Shown: piece after piece, positions 1-10,227 of the stretch
How positions within the stretch are numbered: the first letter of the stretch is position 1
How the letters are laid out: each line of letters opens with the position of its first letter
NCBI GenBank assembly: GCA_036491125.1
Contig: DASXCO010000206.1
Coordinates: 1,363 to 65,362, forward strand
DNA length: 64,000 bases
DNA from: Acidimicrobiales bacterium
Lineage (GTDB): Bacteria > Actinomycetota > Acidimicrobiia > Acidimicrobiales > AC-9
Reading direction: 5' to 3'
Made by a program: the position numbers and the translations under genes
The notes under the pieces: generated by a model
What the model was told of the DNA's origin: nothing
Seen by the model: the letters and a program-made list of their open reading frames with translations, nothing else
The model's database searches: none

Positions 1-135
1 AGCCTTCCGAGTGCGCCGGCACTTGCGGAGCTGAGTCTTCCGACGCCTCCCGGAGCGGCCCGAAGACGTGGGCTGTGACCAGCGAAAAAGAGCGGGCCCC
101 TCCGGCTTTCGATTTCGCCGGCACGTCCCGCTAGA

Positions 136-912
136 TTGCCCCGCGTGAACCGCGAGCTCCGCCGGGGTGGCCACGGCTCCCACTCGCGACGAGGTCTCTG
201 GGTCGCCATCGGCCTGGCCTTGGTCGCCGTCTCCGGCTCCGCATGCACCATCCCCGCGTTCGGCGGGTTCAAGGGCGCCACCGACCAGGGTCACGCCGCG
301 TTCCACATGTGGGAGTGGTCCCTCCTGGTGGCCATGGCCGTCGGGGTCATCGTGTGGATACTCATCTTCTGGTCGGTCATCCGCTACCGGAAGAAGAGCG
401 ACGAGCTCCCCAAGCAGATCCGCTACAGCACCCCCGTGGAGATCTTGTACACCGTGGTGCCGATCCTCATCGTGATCGGGCTCTTCTACTTCACGGTCAT
501 CGTCGAGGACCGGATCGACGCGGTGAGCCCGACCCCAGCGGTGACGGTGAGGGTCACCGGCTACCAGTGGGCCTGGCGCTTCGACTACCAGGGATCGGGC
601 GTCTCCGTCGTCGCCGAACCCAACCACCTCCCTCAGCTGGTCCTGCCCGTGGGCGTGACCACCCGCATCAACCTCGTCTCCAACGACGTGGTCCACGGCT
701 TCTACATTCCCGCGTTCAACTTCAGCCGCTACGCTCAGCCGGGGGTGACCAACACCTTCGACTTCAACCCGACCGAGAGCGGGACCTTCGTCGGTCGGTG
801 CGCGCAGTATTGCGGCCTTTACCATTCCCAAATGCTGTTCAGCGTCAAGACCGTGAGCCGGGGGGAGTTCAGGACCTGGCTGGCGGGCCAGAGCTCGGGA
901 GCGACGGCATGA
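136..912 (+). CDS. ctaC: cytochrome c oxidase subunit II (CuA subunit)
   Basis: 258-aa ORF with a lipoprotein-like N-terminus (LVAVSGSAC) and two hydrophobic helices. CuA ligand motif HGFYIPAF...[12 protein letters not shown] is present. The stop overlaps the next start (ATGA). The start is uncertain: TTG 136 or GTG 145. Confidence 0.93.
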   Translation: MPRVNRELRRGGHGSHSRRGLWVAIGLALVAVSGSACTIPAFGGFKGATDQGHAAFHMWEWSLLVAMAVGVIVWILIFWSVIRYRKKSDELPKQIRYSTPVEILYTVVPILIVIGLFYFTVIVEDRIDAVSPTPAVTVRVTGYQWAWRFDYQGSGVSVVAEPNHLPQLVLPVGVTTRINLVSNDVVHGFYIPAFNFSRYAQPGVTNTFDFNPTESGTFVGRCAQYCGLYHSQMLFSVKTVSRGEFRTWLAGQSSGATA

Positions 913-2588
913 CCATCATCGGCGAACGCCCGGCGACCATCGTTCACGAGCCCGAGCACGGGGCCGAGCCCTCGGGGATCTACAAGTGGCTCACGAGCAC
1001 CGACCACAAGGTCATCGGCAAGAGCTACCTGATCACCTCGTTCCTCTTCTTCCTACTTGCCGGCCTCCTGGCCATGGTCATGCGCACCCAGCTGACCGAG
1101 CCCAACAGCACGATCGTGAGCCAGCACGCCTACAACGAGCTGTTCACGATGCACGGCAGCCTGATGATGTACCTGTTCGCGGGGCCGTTCGCCTTCGGCG
1201 GCTTCGCCAATGTCATCGTGCCGCTCCAAGTCGGTGCCCCCGACATGGCGTTCCCCCGACTCAACGCCCTGTCGTACTGGCTGTACCTCAGCGGCGGGCT
1301 CATGATGGTCTCGGGGTTCTTCACCGCGAGCGGCGCCGCTGACTTCGGCTGGGTGGCCTACGCGCCGCTCTCCAACGTCACCAGCACGCCAGGGGCGGGC
1401 CCGGACCTGTGGATCATGGCCCTGATCCTGACCGGGTTCTCGGCCATCTTCACCGGCGTCAACATCATCACCACCACGTTCTACCTGCGGGCGCCGGGCA
1501 TGACGATGTTCCGCGTCCCGATCTTCACGTGGAACATGGTCGTCACCGGGATCCTGATCCTGATCGCGTTCCCCGTCCTCACCAGCGCCCTCGTACTCCT
1601 CATGGCCGACCGTCACCTGGGCACCCACGTCTTCACGGTCCAAGGCGGTGGTGTGCCCGTGCTCTGGCAGCACCTCTTCTGGTACTTCGGGCATCCGGAG
1701 GTGTACATCCTCGCCTTGCCCTACTTCGGCATCGTGACGGAGATATTGCCGGTCTTCTCCCGAAAACCAGTTTTCAGCTACAAGGGTTTCGTCTTCGCCA
1801 CCATGGCCATCGCGGGCCTCTCCACCGGCGTGTGGGCCCACCACATGTTCACCACGGGCGTCGTCCTCCTCCCATTCTTCAGCGGGTTGTCGTACCTGAT
1901 CGCAGTGCCTACCGGGATCAAGTTCTTCGGGTGGATCGGGACGATGTGGCGCGGCCAGCTCACCTTCGAGACGCCGATGCTGTTCTCCATCGGGTTCCTG
2001 GTGACGTTCCTGCTCGGCGGCCTGTCGGGCGTGCTCCTCGCCTCGCCGCCGGTCGACTTCTTCGTCCACGACACGTACTTCGTCGTGGCCCACTTCCACA
2101 ACGTGCTGTTCGGGACGGCCGTGTTCGCAGGCTTCGCCGGCATCTACTACTGGTATCCGAAGATCACCGGGCGCAAGCTCCACGAGCGCTGGGGCAAGTG
2201 GCACTTCTGGCTGACGCTGGTCGGGTTCAGCGTCACCTTCATGCCCCAGTACCTGCTCGGGCTCAAGGGGATGCCCCGCCGCATCGCCGTGTACTCGCCC
2301 GCCGACGGGTTCACCACGCTCAGCCGCATCTCGACTGCTGGCGCCTACATCCTCTTCCTGTCCGTGGTGTGCCTCCTCATCAACTTCTACATATCCTGGC
2401 GACGACCTATACGGGCCGGTCCCAACCCATGGGACGGACACACGCTGGAGTGGGCAGCCGACTCGCCGCCCGCCCACCACAATTTCGAGCGACTCCCGCT
2501 CATCCGCTCCGAGCGTCCCGTGTGGGACATGAACCACGGAGAGCCTGACGCACCGGGCATCGAGGGGCCCACCGGGGTCACCGTTTGA
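909..2588 (+). CDS. ctaD: cytochrome c oxidase subunit I
   Basis: Starts at the in-frame ATG at 909 inside ORF 243..2588 (MTIIGERP...). Subunit I motifs are present: [48 protein letters not shown]. The upstream part of the long ORF runs out of frame across ctaC. Confidence 0.95.
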   Translation: MTIIGERPATIVHEPEHGAEPSGIYKWLTSTDHKVIGKSYLITSFLFFLLAGLLAMVMRTQLTEPNSTIVSQHAYNELFTMHGSLMMYLFAGPFAFGGFANVIVPLQVGAPDMAFPRLNALSYWLYLSGGLMMVSGFFTASGAADFGWVAYAPLSNVTSTPGAGPDLWIMALILTGFSAIFTGVNIITTTFYLRAPGMTMFRVPIFTWNMVVTGILILIAFPVLTSALVLLMADRHLGTHVFTVQGGGVPVLWQHLFWYFGHPEVYILALPYFGIVTEILPVFSRKPVFSYKGFVFATMAIAGLSTGVWAHHMFTTGVVLLPFFSGLSYLIAVPTGIKFFGWIGTMWRGQLTFETPMLFSIGFLVTFLLGGLSGVLLASPPVDFFVHDTYFVVAHFHNVLFGTAVFAGFAGIYYWYPKITGRKLHERWGKWHFWLTLVGFSVTFMPQYLLGLKGMPRRIAVYSPADGFTTLSRISTAGAYILFLSVVCLLINFYISWRRPIRAGPNPWDGHTLEWAADSPPAHHNFERLPLIRSERPVWDMNHGEPDAPGIEGPTGVTV

Positions 2589-3046
2589 TGAGCAGCGTCC
2601 CCCCCGAGGGCACCATCCCCGAGGACAAGGCGTTCACCAAGCACCGGCGCGCGTGGATCGTCGAGGCCCGCTTCCTCGTCGGCGTGGCCATCTTCTTCGC
2701 CGCCGTGTGCGCCATGTACTGGTTCGGGTCCTACGAGCGGGCCGGGAGCGTCCTGCTCATCTTCACCGCCTTCCTGGGACTGTTGCCGGGGGGCTACCTG
2801 CTGTGGTGGTCCCGACGCATGCGGCCCCGGGCGGAGGACCGCGACGACGCCGTTCTCGGCGAGGGCGCCGGCAACGTGGGTGCCTTTCCTGACGCCAGCA
2901 TCTGGCCCTTCGTCTTCGGCATCGGCGCCGGCGTCTCGGCATCGGCGTTCGTGTTCGGCGCCTGGCTCGGGGTCCTCGGCGGCAGCATGATCATCTCGGC
3001 CATCGTCGGCGTCGTGGTCGAGAGCCGCCGCGGCGGCACCGTCTGA
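2588..3046 (+). CDS. ctaF: cytochrome c oxidase subunit IV (actinobacterial CtaF-type)
   Basis: About 152 aa with four hydrophobic segments. ATG 2588 shares one nt with the ctaD stop; the ORF track opens at TTG 2585. The call rests on size, topology and position after ctaD, not on a sharp motif. Confidence 0.7.
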   Translation: MSSVPPEGTIPEDKAFTKHRRAWIVEARFLVGVAIFFAAVCAMYWFGSYERAGSVLLIFTAFLGLLPGGYLLWWSRRMRPRAEDRDDAVLGEGAGNVGAFPDASIWPFVFGIGAGVSASAFVFGAWLGVLGGSMIISAIVGVVVESRRGGTV

Positions 3047-3187
3047 GCGCTCCCGGCTCGGCCGGGCCCGAGGCTCCGAGACAGCTGAGCCGGCCGTTCC
3101 GCGACGGCGACGGCGTCGTGCGGGGGCAGTTGTCTGCTCTTCCAAGGGCGGGCTCCGAGATCCACCAGCCTTGGGAGGAGTCCCGCC

Positions 3188-3588
3188 ATGACATCTCTCG
3201 TGGACACCCTGCGGCGGCCTGTGGACGACGCCTGGCGCACCATCGTCCCCTTCCGGGATGATCGCCAGTCCGCTCCCCCCGCTCCTCCTCGGCTTGAACA
3301 TCGTGACCGGGCTCGTCGATGCCTTCAGCTACCTGGTGCTCGGACACGTCTTCGTCGCCAACATGACCGGCAACGTGGTCTTTCTCGCCTTCGCGCTCAC
3401 CGGGGCGAGCGGCTTCTCCCCTGCTGTCGGTCCTTGCAATGTTCCTGGGAGCGCTCGCTGGAAGCCTTCTGATGCTCGAGGTCAGCGACGCCTTGAGCAT
3501 CGGCGTGGCCCTGGTCATCCTCTGTCTGATCGGGATCGGCGCTGGAGCTCTCTCGCGCCTCAACCGGCAGTGGGTGCACGCCTCATAG
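3188..3588 (+). pseudogene. decayed DUF1275/YoaK-family membrane protein gene (frameshifts plus internal deletion)
   Basis: A strong SD (GGGAGGAG) lies 7 nt before ATG 3188 and opens one frame (MTSLVDTLRRPVDDAWRTIVPFRDD). The recognisable YoaK-type segments lie in two other frames. One covers 3258-3420 (PLPPLLLGLNIVTGLVDAFSYLVLGHVFVANMTGNVVFLAFALTG). The other covers 3421-3588 (LLSVLAMFLGALAGSLLMLEVSDALSIGVALVILCLIGIGAGALSR, stop about 3586-3588). Together they give about 130 aa against the roughly 220-240 aa I expect for this family. Confidence 0.5.
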
Positions 3589-3618
3589 TGCGACAGCACC
3601 CCCCGGTGCGCTCAGCGG

Positions 3619-5247
3619 CTAGCTGTTCCCGGCGGGGCGGTGCCAGGGGCGGAAGAAACCTCCGAAGCGGCGGGGCGGCGTGACGGCGGTGGCCTCCGTG
3701 CGGTCCACTCCGACGCCGACCTCCTCGCCGCCCTCGTCCGGCCGACGGCGGCGGTCGCCCATGGCGCCGCGGGGCACGGCCTCCTCGGGCAGCGACTCGG
3801 GCGGCGGCTCCCCTTCGAAGTCGCCCGGGCGGATGTTGGCCGGGACCGTGGTGTAGCCGCCTTCGGCAGACCGCACGACCACGTTCGAGCGCTTGCGCAG
3901 TCCCGCCCCGGGAGCACGCGAGAGCTCCTTGCAGATCTGGTACGTGGCCAGGCCCACCACGATCGGAATCGTCGGGGTCCCGATTCGGAACGTCCACAGC
4001 ACCCCGTTGAGCGACACCCTGAGCGTGTTGGCCAGGACGTCGGTCGAGCTGGCCAGGAACAGCATCACGTAGAACGACAGCACGCCGACCCCGAGCCCGG
4101 TACGGACGGGTCGATCGCGGGGCCGGTCGAGCAGGTGGTGCTCCATCCGGTTCTCCTTGGTGAACCGGGCCTCGATGAACGGCCACATGTACAGAGCCGT
4201 GAAGGTCAGCCCGGGCAGGACGACCGCCGGGTAGAAGGGAGCCGAGATCAGGTACCGACCGGCGAACTGGGTCTCCCAGGCGGGCATGATCCGTAAGGCG
4301 CCGTCGAGCCAGCCCATGTACCAGTCGGGCTGCACGGCGTAGCTGACCTTGAAGGGCTCGTAGGACCCGTACAGCCAGATGGGGTTGATCTGGAACAGGC
4401 CCCCGAGGAGAGCCAGGCCGGCGAAGATGATGAAGAAGTACCCGGTCGTCTTGGCGACGTAGGTGGGCCAGAAGGACGACCCCACAACGGTTCGGTTCGT
4501 TTTCTCCTTGCCCGGGAAGTCGGTGTGTTTCTGGTGCCACATGATCCCCAGGTGGGCGACGAGAAGGCCGGCGATGACGGCGGGGATGATGAGGATGTGC
4601 AGCGAGTAGAAGCGGGGGATGATGTCGCCGTTGCCCGGGAAGTTGCCGCCCCACAGCAGGAACGCCCCCCACGTCCCGATGATCGGGAGGGACAGGAAGA
4701 TCGAGAAGGCGATGCGCAGGCCGGCGCCCGAGATCTGGTCGTCCGGCAGCGAGTACCCGATGAACCCGTTGACGATGACCAGGATCAGCATCGTGAGCCC
4801 GATCATGTAGTTGAGCTCCCGGGGCCGGCGGAAGGCCCCGGTGAAGAAGATCCGGCACAGGTGCACGACGACCGCGGCAGCGAAGATGTCGGCCGCCCAG
4901 TGGTGCATCTGGCGCATCACCAGTCCGGCCCGCACGTTGAGGCTGATGTCCACCGTCGACTGGTAGGCCTCCGAGACCCGCTGCCCCCGCAACGGGAGGT
5001 AGCTGCCGTGGTAGATGACCTCATGGGTCGAGGGCACGAAGAACAGCGTGAGGAAGATCCCCGTGATGATGAGGATCACGAAGGTGTACATGGCGATCTC
5101 GCCGAGCAGGAAGGACCAGTGATCCGGGAAGATCTTGTTCAGCGCTGTCTTCCCGATCTTGGCCACCCCGAAGCGGTCGTCGGTCCAACGCGCCAGCTCG
5201 ACCGTGCGGTCCTCGAGCGAGGGGCGCGGCGCGTCGCGTGACTTCAT
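3619..5247 (-). CDS. qcrB: cytochrome bc1 complex cytochrome b subunit
   Basis: Cytochrome b-like polytopic protein (FPDHWSFLLGEIAMY, HHWAADIF, multiple TM helices) with a long charged C-terminal tail. Start taken at ATG 5247. An alternative GTG 5265 overlaps the qcrA stop. The rest of the 649-aa ORF is upstream read-through across qcrA. Confidence 0.92.
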   Translation of the reverse strand: MKSRDAPRPSLEDRTVELARWTDDRFGVAKIGKTALNKIFPDHWSFLLGEIAMYTFVILIITGIFLTLFFVPSTHEVIYHGSYLPLRGQRVSEAYQSTVDISLNVRAGLVMRQMHHWAADIFAAAVVVHLCRIFFTGAFRRPRELNYMIGLTMLILVIVNGFIGYSLPDDQISGAGLRIAFSIFLSLPIIGTWGAFLLWGGNFPGNGDIIPRFYSLHILIIPAVIAGLLVAHLGIMWHQKHTDFPGKEKTNRTVVGSSFWPTYVAKTTGYFFIIFAGLALLGGLFQINPIWLYGSYEPFKVSYAVQPDWYMGWLDGALRIMPAWETQFAGRYLISAPFYPAVVLPGLTFTALYMWPFIEARFTKENRMEHHLLDRPRDRPVRTGLGVGVLSFYVMLFLASSTDVLANTLRVSLNGVLWTFRIGTPTIPIVVGLATYQICKELSRAPGAGLRKRSNVVVRSAEGGYTTVPANIRPGDFEGEPPPESLPEEAVPRGAMGDRRRRPDEGGEEVGVGVDRTEATAVTPPRRFGGFFRPWHRPAGNS

Positions 5248-5261
5248 CGTCGGGCGCTTGA

Positions 5262-6308
5262 TCACTGTCCCGCCGCCGTCTTCGGAGGATTCAACGTCGT
5301 CGACGTGTTGCGCTCCCAGAAGCCAGGCCCCACCGGCTCCTGGAAGTCCGACTGGGCTCTCAGGAAGCCGTCCCCGTTGTCCATGATAGGGAGCTGAGGT
5401 AAGAGGCGCGGTGCTGGTCCGAAGATGGGTCGGGCGCCGTTGAGGAGCGTGAACACCGACTGATGGCAGGGGCAGAGCAGCTGCTGGACCTGCTGCTGGT
5501 ACAGGCTGACGGGGCATCCGGCGTGGGTGCACAGCTTGGAGTAGGCCAGGTAGCCGTGTGGTGACCACGTCTCCCGCCCCGGCAGGGTTGTGATGGGCAC
5601 GGACGACGCCCTGATGAGCAGGGTCTGGGAAACCGCGTCCCCCGCGTGACCCTCGGGGAACACGGTCAGCACCCCGCCCACGTCGACGTCGTCGGCCATG
5701 ACGGGACGGCCGTCGATGCGCACCAGTCTCGAGCCGCGACGAAAGAAGGTGAAGTCCAGCGCGTTCCCGGGCCGGGGGTTGTACAGGGAGCGGAGGAACG
5801 GGAAGATCCCGACGATCGAGAAGACGCCGATCGCCGCGCCCAGGAGCTTGCCGAGAAAGCCTCGTCGCTCGACGGCCACCGAGCCCCTCGAGAAGGCTGC
5901 GCCGAAGGCCCGCCGGTCCGACTCGGGCTTGGGCAGCTCGTGACGATCCTCGACGAAGGGGCCCTGGGGCATGAGGTACTTACCCCAGGCGGCGACGCCG
6001 ACCCCCATCCCTCCCAGACCGAGCCCCAGGAGCGCGCCTTCGGCCTGGACCTGGCCGCCGAGCGAGTAGGTGATGGCCAGGCCGATGGTGGCCAGCACGC
6101 TGACGACGAAGCACAGGGCGACGAAGTTCTCGGCCCGGCGCGGGCGCTGGACCGGGATCTCGAGGCGGATGTCCTCCACTGCGGTGGCCGTCGCCGCGCC
6201 CGAGCCGGTGCTGGTCGAGCCAGCGCCGCCAGGATTGTCCCCGCCGGGGTTCTCGCCGCCCGTGCTCATGTGGTCGCTCCCGATCTCATCCTCACCGCCT
6301 GGGCTCAC
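5262..6308 (-). CDS. qcrA: cytochrome bc1 complex Rieske iron-sulfur subunit
   Basis: Rieske boxes CTHAGCP and CPCHQSVF are present, with N-terminal TM helices. It lies between qcrC and qcrB. The start may be 6308 or the internal Met at about 6269. Confidence 0.92.
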   Translation of the reverse strand: MSPGGEDEIGSDHMSTGGENPGGDNPGGAGSTSTGSGAATATAVEDIRLEIPVQRPRRAENFVALCFVVSVLATIGLAITYSLGGQVQAEGALLGLGLGGMGVGVAAWGKYLMPQGPFVEDRHELPKPESDRRAFGAAFSRGSVAVERRGFLGKLLGAAIGVFSIVGIFPFLRSLYNPRPGNALDFTFFRRGSRLVRIDGRPVMADDVDVGGVLTVFPEGHAGDAVSQTLLIRASSVPITTLPGRETWSPHGYLAYSKLCTHAGCPVSLYQQQVQQLLCPCHQSVFTLLNGARPIFGPAPRLLPQLPIMDNGDGFLRAQSDFQEPVGPGFWERNTSTTLNPPKTAAGQ

Positions 6309-7248
6309 CAGCGCCCTCCAGGCGATCCCCCTCGTCGCCGGCCGGGTCTATGTGGTCGTCATCCAACGTGTGGCCGTCATCCGAGCCGGGCGGCGTGGTC
6401 GCTCCTGCCCTGATCCCGATCCAGTAGGCCGCGAGTATCAGCACACCGAGGCCCACCACGATGGCGATGAAGCCCTCCGTCACCGGCCCCACGTGACCCA
6501 GCCCCGCGCCTCCGGGGTTGGCGGGGTGCTGCAGGTAGGTCACGTAGCGGACGACGTCGTTCACCTCCTGGTCGCTCAGGGTGCCGGGCCCGAAGCGGGG
6601 CATGTTCCCCGGCCCCGTCCGGATGGCCTCGGCGATCTGGGTGGGCGACGCCTGGTAGAGGGAAGGGGCGAAGGCACTGTTGGCCAGGGCGTCGCCCACT
6701 CCGGTGATGACGTGGCACCCGGCGCAGTTCAGCCCGAACACGTCGTTGCCGTTGGCCTGGTCAGCCGCCTGTTGGTTGAGGGCGGGGATGCCGACTCCCC
6801 CGGCGCCGAGCGACGTGACGTAGGACACGATGCCGAGCTGCTGGGTCCGGCTGAACAACACCGGCTTGCGCACGGCCTGAGCGCCCGGGTACGCCAGCGG
6901 CATCCGTCCCGTCGACACCCAGAAGTCGACGGTGGCGGCGCCCACCCCGACCAGGTTGGGGCCCCGGTCGGTCCCCTCGGCGTTGAGCCCGTGACAGCTG
7001 GAGCAGTTGTCCACGAACAGCGGCTGTCCCACGGTCGACAGGGCGGACGGAACAGGAACCGTCGGCGACGTGGTCGATGGGGCGGCCGCCGGGGTGGTCG
7101 ACGCCGTCGAGGCCCCGCTCCCAGGCGTGGTGGGAGCGGTGGACGGCTGGGCGCGCGCCGGCGTCGGCCTGCCGCCGAACGACAGCAGGCCCAGGGCGAC
7201 CACGAAGGCCACCAGTGCAGCGGGGAGAAGGAGCCGGTTGCGCATCAC
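6292..7248 (-). CDS. qcrC: cytochrome bc1 complex diheme cytochrome c subunit
   Basis: Two CxxCH heme-binding motifs (CSSCHG, CAGCHV). N-terminal signal/TM and a C-terminal hydrophobic anchor (FIAIVVGLGVLILAAYWI). Confidence 0.92.
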   Translation of the reverse strand: MMRNRLLLPAALVAFVVALGLLSFGGRPTPARAQPSTAPTTPGSGASTASTTPAAAPSTTSPTVPVPSALSTVGQPLFVDNCSSCHGLNAEGTDRGPNLVGVGAATVDFWVSTGRMPLAYPGAQAVRKPVLFSRTQQLGIVSYVTSLGAGGVGIPALNQQAADQANGNDVFGLNCAGCHVITGVGDALANSAFAPSLYQASPTQIAEAIRTGPGNMPRFGPGTLSDQEVNDVVRYVTYLQHPANPGGAGLGHVGPVTEGFIAIVVGLGVLILAAYWIGIRAGATTPPGSDDGHTLDDDHIDPAGDEGDRLEGAGEPRR

Positions 7249-7251
7249 GAT

Positions 7252-7851
7252 CTAGTGGAGGAGGAACAGTGAGGCGTAAAGACCTACCCAGACGATGTCG
7301 ACGAAATGCCAGTAGTAGGCGACGGCCTGGAACGCGGGTATCTCGCCCGGGTCGCCGCGGGGGCCGATCATCCGACCCAGCAGGGCCACCATGGCCAGCA
7401 GGCCGAGGGTGACGTGCAGCGCGTGAAGGCCGGTCATCATGAAGAACATCGACCCGTAGGCGTTGGTCTTCGGGGTGAAGTCGACCGTCAGCCACTCGTA
7501 CAGCTGGTTGGCGACGAACGCCGCACCCAGCAGGAAGCTCATGATCGTCCAGAACCGGGCCGAGCTCCGGAGGACCTTCTCCTCCTGCCACACCGCGTGC
7601 TGCATGGTCACGCTGGACATGACCAGGATGAACGTGAAGATGCCCGCCCGGATGGGATCGACGTGGGTCGACGTAGGCGGCCAGGGGTTGCCGTCGTGGG
7701 CGCGGATGGTGAAGTAGGACGCGAACAGGCCACTGAAGAACATGAGCTCGGAGGCCAGCCAGATGATGGTCCCGACGCCCACCATGGACGGGCGCTTGGC
7801 GTGCGCGGGTCCGTAGCCCGGAGTCCCCTCGACCGGGATGGCCTGAGTCAC
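7252..7851 (-). CDS. ctaE: cytochrome c oxidase subunit III
   Basis: 199 aa with five hydrophobic helices and a subunit III-like C-terminus (HFVDIVWVGLYASLFLL). It sits immediately upstream of qcrCAB, as in other actinobacteria. Confidence 0.9.
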   Translation of the reverse strand: MTQAIPVEGTPGYGPAHAKRPSMVGVGTIIWLASELMFFSGLFASYFTIRAHDGNPWPPTSTHVDPIRAGIFTFILVMSSVTMQHAVWQEEKVLRSSARFWTIMSFLLGAAFVANQLYEWLTVDFTPKTNAYGSMFFMMTGLHALHVTLGLLAMVALLGRMIGPRGDPGEIPAFQAVAYYWHFVDIVWVGLYASLFLLH

Positions 7852-7862
7852 GGGTCCAGTTC

Positions 7863-10112
7863 TTAGTCGAAGGGGCCGCTACCAATCACATCGGCGCCGA
7901 CCGGCTCCGTTGAGCCTGGTGAGGGCGCCATGGCCGACGGCAGGGGACGCTCGTGCACGACAGTCAGGCGCCTGGTCGCACGGGTCAGGGCGACGTAGAG
8001 GGCCCGCAGGCCCTGGGGCTCCTCGTCGACGATCACGGCCGGCTCCACCACGACCACCGAGTCGAACTCGAGGCCCTTCACCACCTCGACCGGGACCACG
8101 GTGATGGCGAAATCGAGCCCGTCACGGCGGGCCTCGCCGAACGAGAGGCCGGCGCGGCGCAGACCGTCGGCCAGCGCTGGCGCCAACGAGCGGGGAGCGA
8201 CGATCCCCACCGTGCCACCGCGGACGCGCGCCGCCTCGCCGTCCGCATGCGCCACCACCTCGGCGACGAGGCGGCCGGAGTCGGCGGCGACCAGGGCCGG
8301 CTCCTCCCCCGTCACACGGGCCGAGCGAGGGGGACGGACCAACGGGGCCGCCGCCTCGAGGACGCGGCTCGACACCTTCATCACCTCGTCGGGCGTGCGG
8401 TAGTTGACGCTGAGCTCGACTGTCCGCGCCGATCGTCCGGGCGCCAGGTGGGCCACGACGTCCGCCCACGTCGTCGGCGCCACGGGGCCGGTCGCCTGGG
8501 CCAGGTCGCCGACGACGGTCATCGAGCCAGAGAGCGAGCGGCGCGACACCATCCGCAGCTGCATCGGCGACAGGTCCTGGGCCTCGTCAACCACGATGTG
8601 CCCGTACGAGCGAGGCTCGTCCTCGCCGCCGGAGCCGCCGGAGGACACCGGCCCCAGCAGCACCCGGGCCTCGTCGATGAGTGGGAGGTCGGCGACCGAC
8701 CAGGGGATCTCGTCCAGCGAGCTGCTCCGGCGCCGATGCAAGGCACGCAGCTCGGCGTCGTCCAGACCCGCCCGACGGCCGGCGAGGCGCAGGAGAGGCG
8801 GCGCACCATAGAGGTCGTGCAGCAGCTCCTCGGGCCGCAGGCGGGGCCACATGCGATCGAGGGCCTCGGCCAGGGCCGGCACCCGGCGCACCTCGCTGAT
8901 GAACTCATCGTCCTCCAGCTCGAGAGTGGTCACGCGCTCGCCGCCGACCCGCGCCAGCGACTGCCGGTACTGCGTCAGCAGACGGCGCCCCACGAGGGTC
9001 TCCAGCTGCCGCCGCCGGGAGTTGTGGGCGCCGGAACGGCGGCGGACGGAGCTCACCACCTCGGTCGAGTCCTGGACCGTGAAGCGGAGCACCGCCGATC
9101 CGAACGGTACCTCGACGTCGCGGGCCAGCGGTCGCTGCCGGTCCCGCACCGCCCGGCCGATCAGCGTGGCCATCGCGATCCGACCCTTCAGGGCGGCCGT
9201 GTCCGGGTCGTCCGATCCTCGGGCTTCGACGCCGGAGACGAGGCTCTCGGCCGTGCCCAGGACGACGCCGTTCTCACCGAGGGACGGCAGGACCTGCTCG
9301 ATGTAGCGGAGGAAGACCCGGTTGGGGCCCACGACGAGCAGGCCCTGGCGCTCGAGAGGAAATCGATGGGTGTACAGCAGGTAGGCGGCGCGGTGGAGGG
9401 CGACCGCGGTCTTCCCGGTGCCCGGCCCGCCCTGGACGACGACCACACCGGGCAGCGGGGCCCGTATGATCTCGTCCTGCTCCCGCTGGACCGTGGCCAC
9501 GATGTCGCGCATGTGGCCGGAACGGGACCGCTCGAGGGCCGCCAGCAGGGCTCCGGACCCGACGCGGCCCTCGGTGTCACCGTCGGCGAGCCCGTCCTCG
9601 CCGCTCGGCTCCCCCGATGGGAGCATGAGGAGTTCGTCCTCGATGCCGAGCAGCCGTCGACCGTCGGTCGAGAAGTGCCGGCGCCGGACGAGACCCATGG
9701 GGTGGCGGGCCGTGGCCCGGTAGAAGGGCTCGGCGATGGGCGCCCTCCAGTCCACCACCAGCGGCTCGTGATCGGCCCCGGATACGGCCAGGCGGCCGAT
9801 GTAGAACGTCTCGCGCGCGCTGGGGGCGGTGTCCCCAGGCGGGCCTCCCGGGCCGGCGTTGCCGGTCCCGTCGGAGGCCGCCCGGTCGATGCGGCCGAAG
9901 CACAAGGAGTGGCGACCGATCTCCAGCTGGTCGAGGCGCTGGAGGCTGGTGCGGACGATCACGTCCCGCTCCTGCCGGGCCTGGTGGGTGCCTCCCTTGC
10001 CCTGGTCGAGGACCGCCTCCAGCCGACGCTGGGCGGCATCACGCATGGCCGCCAGCCGCTCGTAGGCGTTGTCGATGTAGGCCTGCTCGCTCTGGAGATC
10101 GGGATGGGGCAC
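7863..10112 (-). CDS. helD: HelD / UvrD-like superfamily 1 helicase (RNA polymerase-associated HelD type)
   Basis: 749 aa with Walker A GGPGTGKTAVALHRAAYLLY and a VVDEAQD box. Has a C-terminal UvrD_C-like LYVALTRATRRL motif and the N-terminal extension typical of HelD. Confidence 0.85.
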   Translation of the reverse strand: MPHPDLQSEQAYIDNAYERLAAMRDAAQRRLEAVLDQGKGGTHQARQERDVIVRTSLQRLDQLEIGRHSLCFGRIDRAASDGTGNAGPGGPPGDTAPSARETFYIGRLAVSGADHEPLVVDWRAPIAEPFYRATARHPMGLVRRRHFSTDGRRLLGIEDELLMLPSGEPSGEDGLADGDTEGRVGSGALLAALERSRSGHMRDIVATVQREQDEIIRAPLPGVVVVQGGPGTGKTAVALHRAAYLLYTHRFPLERQGLLVVGPNRVFLRYIEQVLPSLGENGVVLGTAESLVSGVEARGSDDPDTAALKGRIAMATLIGRAVRDRQRPLARDVEVPFGSAVLRFTVQDSTEVVSSVRRRSGAHNSRRRQLETLVGRRLLTQYRQSLARVGGERVTTLELEDDEFISEVRRVPALAEALDRMWPRLRPEELLHDLYGAPPLLRLAGRRAGLDDAELRALHRRRSSSLDEIPWSVADLPLIDEARVLLGPVSSGGSGGEDEPRSYGHIVVDEAQDLSPMQLRMVSRRSLSGSMTVVGDLAQATGPVAPTTWADVVAHLAPGRSARTVELSVNYRTPDEVMKVSSRVLEAAAPLVRPPRSARVTGEEPALVAADSGRLVAEVVAHADGEAARVRGGTVGIVAPRSLAPALADGLRRAGLSFGEARRDGLDFAITVVPVEVVKGLEFDSVVVVEPAVIVDEEPQGLRALYVALTRATRRLTVVHERPLPSAMAPSPGSTEPVGADVIGSGPFD

Positions 10113-10227
10113 CGGCAGGTCCGGGGTTGGTCCACCGTGGGCGGGGAACAGGTAATCCTAATACCGTTCACCGCCGAGGCCGAACGCCCGGCGGCGACTC
10201 CGTCGTCGGCGCAGGTAACGTCGCCGC

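Noticed and set aside
1053-2537. 494-aa ORF antisense to ctaD. Many similar long ORFs exist, for example 7953..10349, 13394..14923, 16113..18038, 20236..21609, 33709..35607 and 61105..62844.
   Set aside because: These are shadow ORFs typical of high-GC DNA. Their translations are Arg/Pro/Gly/Ala-rich and low in complexity. They overlap genes with clear family motifs on the other strand or in another frame, and none shows a recognisable motif.
3052-3066. Hairpin CCCGGC-TCG-GCCGGG just after ctaF as an intrinsic terminator
   Set aside because: It has only a 6-bp stem, a 3-nt loop and no U-tract. That is too weak to report as a feature.
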